DNA of 63,953 nt, the filler included, from Conidiobolus incongruus B7586 (taxonomy: Eukaryota): NCBI GenBank assembly GCA_000697335.1. It is 11 parts of 11 records of this genome, joined end to end, with 100 filler letters (N's around TTAATTAATTAA, not from the genome) between each part and the next. Parts side by side here need not be neighbours in the genome. Positions count along the whole stretch, not along the records: positions 53,312 to 56,149 come from JNEM01007301.1; positions 56,250 to 62,187 come from JNEM01007304.1; positions 62,288 to 63,953 come from JNEM01007321.1; 8 more parts are not named here. The stretch is one strand, 5' to 3'. Positions 54,375-63,953 of this stretch are shown one piece after another. Both the position numbers and the translations under genes were made by a program. The notes beneath the pieces are model-generated. The model ran no database searches. It was not told the origin of the DNA and saw only the letters and a program-made list of their open reading frames with translations. The stretch's first letter is position 1. Each line of letters opens with the position of its first letter.

Positions 54375-55822
54375 TTAATATATTAATATTTTTTTAATGT
54401 TATATATAGTTTGAATATTCAGTGACAAATAATCAATCCAAAAAGAATTAAAATTCAATACATTACATATGATCTATTAATTTATTTTCTGAGATTATTT
54501 ACATATATGAGAATTAGGAAATTTTTGTAAATATTATAGACACTCTAACCAATTTTTGAATTTTATAAACCATTATTTTTGCTTATGAAATTGATTTATA
54601 TTGGGTATAAAAATTTTAATATTACAAAACTCCGATGGTAGCTTTTCTAAAATTACAAAATGAATTCTAATTTTTTTGGGTTAAATTCAATATCTAAATA
54701 ATATTTAATTTTTCTTGTATTCTTATTATTGACAATTATGAACAAACAGAAAATTTTTAATTAAATTCCCGTTATATTATTTTAAATGGAACAATTTATT
54801 TGACATTTGAATACTGTAATTTGATTTCAAAATAGATAATTAAACACTAAAGCATGAATTTTCAGTCTCAAATAAATATATATCATTCAAATAGAGAGTA
54901 ATATTAATAATTTAAATATGAACATAATAAGAGTTTTATACCTCTTCTTTCTATTTATCACAGTTAATAATTATCTTCAAGATACCTCAGTTAATCAAGA
55001 TTTACTCTTTAGTGGGGTGATGACTAAAGTAGATTTTAACATTCATTGCAATGATGGAAGTTGAACTTTTCCTCACATTCATACCTGGTTAATGAATGTT
55101 TTAAATTGGGTTGATTTTCTATTTTCATTTAAAAATCAATAAAAATTAAAAAGACATAATAGTTATAAGTATTATTAAAGAATTAAATATCAAACTTATT
55201 ATAGTAAAGACCAAGTCGAAACCTCGAATATTATTATCATTTATATATCCGAAATATAAAACTAACTTGATTTACTGATAATATACTATAATTATTTCAT
55301 TTATCCATTTGAAATATGGCGTAATAATTTCAGTCAATGAAAAATGAATAGTATTCAAAATTTAACTATTTATTTAAAAAATCTTAACAATTGAAATTAA
55401 GAACAAATTTTGGCTTGCTTTATTTTTATTTACTTAATTTAGCTTAATATAAACATATCGATTTTGTTAATTTTTCTTGTAAATATCAAAACACTTAAAT
55501 CAAGTCCAAAAATTAATTTCCGAGCTGAAAAAAAATCATGGTTAATTTAGGTTAGTTGAAATTGATTAAATTTGAAAGATTTTAAACATGAGAAAAATAA
55601 AAATTCAACTTTAAAGGGATATATCAAACTAACTATCATTGATATAATTTGACATTCTTTATTTTCTCAGATTTATTAAATATGTTGATGATTATTGGGC
55701 TTGATCATTATACATTATCGAACCATTAATGACAAATATTAGGTATATAAATATCAGTATTTGGCATATCTTTATTATCATTAACTAAAATAAATCAAAT
55801 TAATTAATTAATCCCTCTTACA

Positions 55823-56149
55823 ATGAGATTCTTACCCATCTTGACCGTTACTTTACTCACTCCTTTCGTTGCCGCCGATAACTATTACTACGACGACGGA
55901 GTCATAAATGTGATCCTTAAACTGGCACTCAATGTCGATTTGAAAATTAGAGCTGATGTAAAGCTCAACTTAGACATCATTAATGGTCACTGCCATCCAT
56001 ACTCGCTTTTTATTGGGTATTATGAATGTGACTTGCCTCTCTTTGGTTATGATCCTCTCAGTTTGGCAGATGTTAAAGTCAAAGCCAAAGTTAAAGTTGC
56101 AGAGACTATCCAAGCTGATGCCAAGGCTAAAGTCAATTTACAATTCAAA
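55823..56149 (+). CDS. Small secreted protein (~106 aa), copy B, with alternating-pattern beta strands and two Cys
   Basis: Signal peptide MRFLPILTVTLLTPFVAA and TATATAAA at 55744-55751. Has CAA where copy A has TAA, a few bases before the gap. Confidence 0.85.
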
Positions 56150-57548
56150 NNNNNNNNNNNNNNNNNNNNNNNNNNNNNNNNNNNNNNNNNNNNTTAATTA
56201 ATTAANNNNNNNNNNNNNNNNNNNNNNNNNNNNNNNNNNNNNNNNNNNNTATATTAAAATTTAATATTTATTTAATATATTAATCTGCAAAAGTGAGATA
56301 TAAAATCAAAAACACTTATATTTTTACTAATAACTTGATTAATATTTAATAAAATAAACTTAAATTAAATAATTAAAATCTTTTATATTTATTAATGATA
56401 TATATCATTAAATAATGATATTTACTTATTAATTGGTTAAAATATCAACTTTTAAATTTTAAATAAGATGAGTTATAAATTTATAGGTTTTTGATGATAA
56501 AGAAAATTAAAATTTAATATATTTACCTATAACTTTTCTAACTTCTTTAAGTTTGTAGGGTATAAAATTAACTAACTTCTTATACTAAAAATGGTTAATT
56601 TTATTTTATATTTCTTCAATATATTTTTAAAGCTGATTTAAATCTTTTGCTAAAAGAAAAACTTTAATAACTTTTTTTAATTAATCTTAAATAAATTCAA
56701 TTAGGTTAAAGTTAAAAAATTAAAAAAACTACTTCATAACTATTATTTTGTTATTTTTAAGCTATTTGGTAATAAAAGCTATAGTATAATAAAAGGTATT
56801 ATCTTACTAGAAAATAACATTAGATTTGTTTAACTTATATTATTTAATAGTTTTTTTCAATTTATTATTTAAAATATTTTAGTATATTTCAATATTAATT
56901 CCTTTATTAATTTTATAAAGATATTATATACTTAAAAACAATATATATCTTTAAATAATCATTAATCTACTATTATATTTTTAAATAAAATTAATATAAT
57001 GGTTATAAAATAATTTTGTATTTTTTCTAAAATATCTAGTTTTTTTATTAGATTTACTAAAATATATTTTTTTATTAAATTAAATAACTTTAATTTAATT
57101 AGTTTTAATTTAATATTGGTGGTAATATTTAAACTCCTATTTAACTTTATAATAAGATTTTTTTAGTTGGGGGTGTTTTTTCTTAAAATGTAAGTGGTAT
57201 CTATACTAATATAAAGTATATATAATAATATCAGTGTTAACTAATATTCTTATATAGTTTTATAGTTCCTATTATATCTCTATAGTAATATTATATTTAC
57301 TTATATTAATTAATATATAAATATACTTCTTATTATATTTATTTATAATTTTAACATACTTAAGTTTTAGTTTAAATATTTTTTTATTATTATTTTTAAT
57401 AACCCTAGCTATAATAAACTAATTAATACTAGTAATTCTAGCAATATTATAAGTTAATTTATCTTTTTTATAAAATTAATTGATACACAAATAAATTTTT
57501 TTAGAGATGGATTTAGGTATAATAATACTAATAAAAAAATTTAGTATA

Positions 57549-59121
57549 CACTAACCTGCAAAAGTGAGTTATAAAATCAAAAATATATATATTTTAATTA
57601 ATAACTAAAACAATTGTATATATTAGATTACTTAAAACTATAATATATAATTAAGGTATATTATTTAATAATAAATAAATATATTTAGATATATTTAGTA
57701 AACTATTAGCAAAAATATTAACCCTTAATATTTAACCAAGGTGAGTTATAAATTTGTGGGTTTTTGAGATAAGGGGATATATTTAACAATATATAACCAT
57801 ATCTTTTTTCTCTCTTTGCTATTATTTTATATAATATTTTACAGATATACTAAATTTTTTTTATTAGTATCATTATACCTAAATCCCTCTCTAAAAAAAT
57901 CCACTTGTGCATTAATCAACTTTATAAAGAAGGTAAATTAACTCATGATATTGCTAGAATTACTAGTGTTAGCTAGTCTACTGTAGCTAGGGTTGTTAAG
58001 AATAGCAATAAAGAAACATTTAAACTTAAACTTAAGCATGCTAGGATTATAGATGAACATGATAAGAAGTATATCTGTAGGTTGGTTAATACAGGTAAGT
58101 GTGGTACTGCTGTAGAAATACAGCAGGAACTATGAGACTATACAAGAATATTAGTTAGCACTGATACTATTATACATGCTTTACATTAGCATAGATACCA
58201 CTCACACCTCAAGAAAAAACACCCCCAACTAAAGAAATCCTACTGTAAAGCTAGGTGGGAGTTTGAATGTCACCACTAATATTGAACTAAAACTGATTAG
58301 AGTAAGGTTATTTAGTCTAATGAAACAAAAATATACCTTAGTAGATCTGATAGAAAAGCTAGATGCTTCAGAAAAAATGCAGAACTACTTTGTGACTATC
58401 ATGTTAATTTTACCCAAAAGTATAGTGGTGGGTCAATTATTGTTTGGGGATGTATGTTGTCTTTAGGTGTAAGGTATCTTTATAAAGTTAATGGGGGAAT
58501 TAATACTGAGATATACTAAAGTATTCTGAACAATGAATTGAAAAAAACCATTGAATGGTATGGGTTAAACAAATCTGATGTTATTTTCTAGTAAGATAAT
58601 GCCTCTTGCTATACTACAGCTTCTACTACCAAATAGCTTAAAAATAACAAGATAACAGTTATGAAGTGGCTTCTTCAATCTCCTAACTTTAATCTAATTA
58701 AACACCTTTGGGATCAGTTAAAAAAAGCTATTAAAGCTTTCCCCCCAGCAAAAAATTTAAATCAACTTTGGGAATATGTTCAAGAAGCATAGAACAAGAT
58801 TAACCCTTCTTAGTGTAAGAAGTTAGTTGATTCTATACCCCACAAACTTAAAGAAGTTAGAAAAGCTAAAGCTAGATACACTAGGTTTTAATTTTTTTTT
58901 ATCACCAAAAACCCACAAATTTATGACTCACCTTAGGTAAAATTTAAGGGTTTATATTTTAGCCAATTAATAGCTAAATATCATCATTTAATGATATATA
59001 TAACTAATAAATATAATAGATTTTAATTATTTAATTTAAGTTTATTTCATTAAATATTAATCAAGTTATTAGTAAAAATATAGGTGTTTTTGATTTTATA
59101 ACTCACTTTTGTAGGTTAGTG
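57549..59121 (+). mobile_element. Tc1 copy 5, full length (1573 bp), least mutated, nested in copy 4
   Basis: TA + CACTAACCTGCAAAAGTGAGTTATAAAATCAAAAA ... TTTTTGATTTTATAACTCACTTTTGTAGGTTAGTG + TA. Confidence 0.97.
57875..58891 (+). pseudogene. Tc1 DD34E transposase pseudogene (339 codons, no frameshift, ~13 stops)
   Basis: HTH EGKLTHDIARITSVS*STVARV, KVI*SNETKI (=WSDETKI), GGSIIVWGCM, VIF**DNASCY (=FQQDNASCH), KWLLQSPNFNLIKHLW (=WPPQSPDLNPIEHLW). 34 residues lie between the second D and the E position. Start codon mutated ATG>ATA. Confidence 0.95.
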
Positions 59122-59323
59122 TATTTGTAAAATATTATATAAAATAATAATAAAGAGAGAAAAAAGTTATGATTATATATTGTTAAATATATCCTTTTAT
59201 CTCAAAAACCCACAAATTTATAACTTACCTTATTTAAATATTAAAGGTTAATATTTTTACTAATAGTTTATTAAATATATCTAAATATAATTATTTATTA
59301 TTAAATAATATACTTAAATTATA

Positions 59324-62187
59324 TATTAACTTACAAAAATAAGTTATAAAATTAAAAACACTTATATTTTTACTAATAACTTAATTAATATTTAATAAAA
59401 TAAATCTAAATTAAATAATTAAAATCTATTATATTTATTAATTATATATCATTAAATAATGATATTTAGTTATTAATTGATTAAAATATAAACCTTTAAA
59501 TTTTACCTAGGGTAAGTTATAAATTTATAGGTTTTTAGTGATAAAAAAAATTAAAACCTAGTGTATTTACCTTTAGCTTTTCTAACTTCTTTAAGTTTGT
59601 AGAGTATAGAATCAACTAACTTTTTACACTAAGAAAAGTTAATTTTATTTTATATTTCTTAAACATATTTCTAAAGTTAATTTAAATTTTTAACTAAAAA
59701 GAAAACTTTAATAACTTTTTTTAATTAATCTCAAAAGTATTTAATTAGATTAAAGTTAAAAGATTGAAGAAGTTACTTTATAACTATTATCTTATTATTT
59801 TTAAGTTATTTAATAGTAAAAGCTATAGTATAACAAGAGGTATTATCTTACTAGAAAATAATATCAGATTTATTTAACTTATACTATTTAATAATTTTTT
59901 TCAATTTATTATTCTAAATACTTTAATATATTTTAGCATTAATTCCCCTATTAACTTTATAAAGATACTTTACACCTAAAGATAATACACTAACTTGTAA
60001 AAGTAAGTTATAAAATCAAAAACACCTATATTTTTACTAATAACTTAATTAATATTTAATGAAATAAACCTAAATTAAATAATTAAAATCTATTATATTT
60101 ATTAGTTATATATATCATTAAATGATGATATTTAGCTATTAATTAGCTAAAATATAAACCTTTAAATTTTACCTAAGGTGAGTTATAAATTTGTAGGTTT
60201 TTGGTGATAAAAAAAATTTAAAACCTAGTGTATTTACCTTTAGCTTTTTTAACTTCTTTAAGTTTGTAGGGTATAGAATCAACTAACTTTTTATATTAAA
60301 AAAAGTTAATCTTGTTCTATACTTCTTAAACATATTTTTAAAGTTGATCTAAATTTTTTATTGGGGGGAAAGCTTTAATAACTCTTTTTAACTAATCCTA
60401 AAGGTGTTCAATTAAATTAAAGTTAAGAGATTGAAAAGGTTATTTCATAATTGTTATCTTGTTATTTTTAAGCTATTTGGTAGTAGAAGCTGTAGTATAA
60501 TAAAAAACATTATCTTACTAGAAAATAACATTAAATTTATTTAACCTATATTATTCAATGGTTTTTTTCAATTTATTGTTCAGAATACTTTAATACATTT
60601 TAGTATTAATTCCCCCATTAACTTTATAAAGATACCCTACACCTAAAAACAACATACATCCTTAAATAATAATTAACCCACTATTATACTTTTGGGTAAA
60701 ATTAACATAATGGTCACAAAATAGTTCTGTATCTTTTCTGAAGTATCTAGCTTTTTTATCAAATCTACTAAAGTATATTTTTGTTTCATTAGACTAAATA
60801 ACTTTACTCTAATTAGTTTCAGTTTAACATTAGTAGCAACATTTAAACTCCTACCTAACTTTACAGTGGGATTTTTTTAGTTGGGGGTGTTTTTTCTTAA
60901 GGTGTAAGTGGTATCTATACTAACATAAAGCACATATAATAGTATTAGTGTTAACTAATATTCTTGTATAATCTCACAGTTCCTGCTATATTTCTACAAT
61001 AATACTACATTTACCTATACTCACCAACCTATAAATATACTTCTCATTATATTTATCTATAATTTTAATATGATTAAGTTTAAGTTTAAATGTTTTTTTA
61101 TTGCTATTCTTAATAACTTTAACTATAGTAAATTAACTAACACTAGTAATTCTAGCAATATCACAAGTTAATTTACCTTTTTTATAAAGTTAATTGATGT
61201 GCAAATAGATTTTTTTAGAGAGGGATTTAGGTATAATAATACTAATAAAAAAAATTTAGTATATCTATAAAATATTATATAAAATAATAACAAAAAGAGA
61301 AAAAAGATATGGTTATATATTATTAAATATATCCCCTTATCTCAAAAACCTGTAAATTTATAACTCACCTTAGTTAAATATTAAAGGTTAATATTTTTGC
61401 TAATAGTTTACTAAATATATTTAAATATATTTATCTATTATTAAATAATATACCTTAATTATATATTATAGTTTCAAGTAATCTAATATATATAATTGTT
61501 GTAGTTATTAATTAAAATATATATATTTTTGATTTTATAATTTACTTTTGTAGGTTAGTGTATATATCCCTAAATAATAATTAACCCATCATTGTACTTT
61601 TGGGTAAAATTAATATAATAGTTATAAAGTAGTTTTATATCTTTTCTAAAACATCTAACTTTTTTATTAAATCTACTAAAGTATATTTTTGTTTCATTAA
61701 ACTAAATAACCTTACTTTTATTAGTTTTAGTTTAATATTAGTAGCAACATTTAATCTTTTACCTAGTTTTATAGTAGGATTTTTTTAATTAAGGGTGATT
61801 TTTCTTAAAGTATAAGTGGTATCTATACCAACATAAAGTATATATAATAATATTAGCATTAATTAATATTTTTATATAGTTTTATAATTCCTATTATATT
61901 TCTATAATAGTATTACATTTGCTTGTATTAACTAATTTATAAATATATTTCTTATTATATTCATTTATAATTTTAACACATTTAAGTTTAGGTTTAAATG
62001 TTTCTTTATTATTATTCTTAACAGTTTTAACTATAGTAAACTAGCTAACACTTGTAATCCTAATAATATCACAAGTTGATTTACCTTCTTTATAAAGTTA
62101 ATTAATACATAAGTAGATTTTTTTAGAGAGGGATTTAGGTATAATAATACTAATAAAAAAAATTTAGTATATCTATAAAATATAATA
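59324..62187 (-). mobile_element. Tc1 copy 6, nested in copy 4 and host of copy 7; cut by gap
   Basis: TIR TATTAACTTACAAAAATAAGTTATAAAAT after TA at 59322-59323. Own sequence is 59324-59987 and 61561-62187, which join in register. Confidence 0.92.
59988..61560 (-). mobile_element. Tc1 copy 7, full length (1573 bp), nested in copy 6
   Basis: TA + CACTAACTTGTAAAAGTAAG ... TACTTTTGTAGGTTAGTG + TA. Confidence 0.96.
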
Positions 62188-62287
62188 NNNNNNNNNNNNN
62201 NNNNNNNNNNNNNNNNNNNNNNNNNNNNNNNTTAATTAATTAANNNNNNNNNNNNNNNNNNNNNNNNNNNNNNNNNNNNNNNNNNNN

Positions 62288-62430
62288 AAAACTATTATAT
62301 ATATATATATATATATATTAAAAATATATCATTTCCTATTAAATTTATATATATTTATTTATTTTAATCTAATAATATATTTAAAAAATCAAAAATTAAA
62401 AAATTTCCCATTTCTTTTAATTTAAGGTAT
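62288..62430 (-). mobile_element. Mariner 5' end fragment with TIR
   Basis: AAAAATCAAAAATTAAAAAATTTCCCATTTCTTTTAATTTAAGGTAT followed by TA; matches 8770-8820. Confidence 0.75.
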
Positions 62431-62521
62431 TATTTTTTAATTAATATTATTTTATTAATTATATTTTTATTAATAATATTATTTAAATAAAATACTATTA
62501 TTCTAATATAGTTTAAATATA

Positions 62522-63953
62522 CACTAACTTACAAAAGTAAGTTATAAAATCAAAAACACCTATATTTTTACTAATAACTTAATTAATATTTAATAAAATA
62601 AACTTAAATTAAATAATTAAAATCTATTATATTTATTAGTTATATATATCATTAAATAATGATATTTAGCTATTAATTGGTTAAAATATAAACCCTTAAA
62701 TTTTACCTAAAGTGAGTTATAAATTTGTAGGTTTTTGGTGATAAAAAAAAATTAAAACTTAGTGTATTTATCTTTAACTTTTCTAACTTCTTTAAGTTTA
62801 TAGGGTATAGAATCAACTAACTTCTTATACTAAAAAGGGTTAATCTTGTTCTATACTTCTTAAACATATTCTTAAAGTTGATTTAAATTTTTTGCTGGGG
62901 GGAAAACTTTAATAGCTTTTTTTAACTGATCTTAAAAGTGTTTAATTAGATTAAAGTTAAAAGATTAAAGAGGTTACTTTATAACTGTTATCTTGTTATT
63001 TTTAAGCTATTTGGTAGTAGAAGTTATAGTATAACAAGAAGCATTATCTTATTAGAAAATAACATTAGATTTGTTTAACCTATATTATTCAATGGTTTTT
63101 TTCAATTCATTGTTTAAAATACTTTAGTATATCTCAGCATTAATTCCCCTATTAACTTTATAAAGATACCCTACACATAAAGACAATATATATCCCTAAA
63201 CAATAATTGACCTACTATTATACTTTTGGGTAAAATTAACATGATGGTTATAAAATAATTCTGTATTTTTTCTGAAGTATTTAGCTTTTTTATTAAATCC
63301 ACTAAAGTATATTTTTGTTTCATTAAACTAAATAACCTTATTCTAATCAGTTTTAGTTTAACATTAGTGATGACATTTAAACTCCCACCTAACTTTATAG
63401 TGGGATTTTTTTAGTTAAGGGTGTTTTTTCTTGAAATGTAAGTAATATCCATGTTAATGTAAAGTACATATAATAGTATCAATGCTAACCAATATTCCTG
63501 TATAGTTTTATAGTTCTTGTTGTATTTCTACAGTAATACTATACTTACCTGTATTAACTAACTTATAGATATACTTCTTATTATTTTCATCTATGATTTT
63601 AACACACTTAAGTTTAAGTTTAAATGTTTCTTTATTGCTATTCTTAACAGCTTTAGCTATAATAAACTAGCTAACACTAGTAATTCTAGCAATATCATAA
63701 GTTAATTTACCTTCTTTATAAAGTTGATTAATACACAAATAGATTTTTTTAGAGAGGGATTTAAGTATAATAATACTAATAAAAAGAATTTAGTATATCT
63801 GTAAAATATTATATAAAATAATAGCAAAGAGAGAAAAAAGATATGGTTATATATTGTTAAATATATCCCCTTATCTCAAAAACCTGCAAATTTATAACTC
63901 ACCTTGGTTAAATATTAAGGGTTAATATTTTTGCTAATAGTTTACTAAATATA
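62522..63953 (-). mobile_element. Tc1 copy 8, runs off the window end
   Basis: TA + CACTAACTTACAAAAGTAAGTTATAAAATCAAAAA; collinear with copy 7. Confidence 0.95.

Larger units (their letters stand above)
56278..59323 (-). mobile_element. Tc1 copy 4, outer host of the nested stack (own sequence 56278-57548 and 59122-59323)
   Basis: TIR TATTAATCTGCAAAAGTGAG at 56278. Sequence resumes in register after copy 5 (TTAGTA-TA..TA-TTTGTAAAAT) and is interrupted again by copy 6. Confidence 0.92.

Noticed and set aside
58263..58466. 67-aa ORF
   Set aside because: An alternative frame inside the transposase pseudogene.
57875..58891. Stop-codon reassignment or RNA editing to explain the in-frame TAA/TAG/TGA
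   Set aside because: Stops fall at different positions in different copies, come with many missense transitions, and are absent from host genes, which end in ordinary TAA.

Overview
Very AT-rich eukaryotic DNA, almost certainly fungal. An early-diverging lineage such as Zoopagomycota/Entomophthorales is my inference only. The window is 11 contigs joined by ten artificial 100-bp spacers (N run + TTAATTAATTAA + N run), so adjacency across gaps is unproven. Host genes: an intronless protein with two probable beta-trefoil halves, a GCPII-like M28 peptidase (partial), a Dnf1/2-type P4-ATPase (partial), RQC1, TRS31, an orphan membrane protein, a homeobox factor, and a tandemly repeated small secreted protein. 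Much of the rest is dead mobile DNA: eight copies of a ~1.57-kb DD34E Tc1 element with IR/DR ends (four in one nested stack), several DD34D mariner copies, a full-length Ty3/Gypsy element, a probable solo LTR, and decayed F-box/LRR-like frames. The main signal is that long repeats of all three TE classes were destroyed largely by C>T/G>A transitions on both strands (CpG lost, CpA/TpG>TpA), with the Tc1 frame left free of indels. Neighbouring genes and short repeats keep their CpGs. This looks like a RIP-like or methylation-driven repeat defence. At two sites a later transposon inserted at a TA that this mutation process had itself created.
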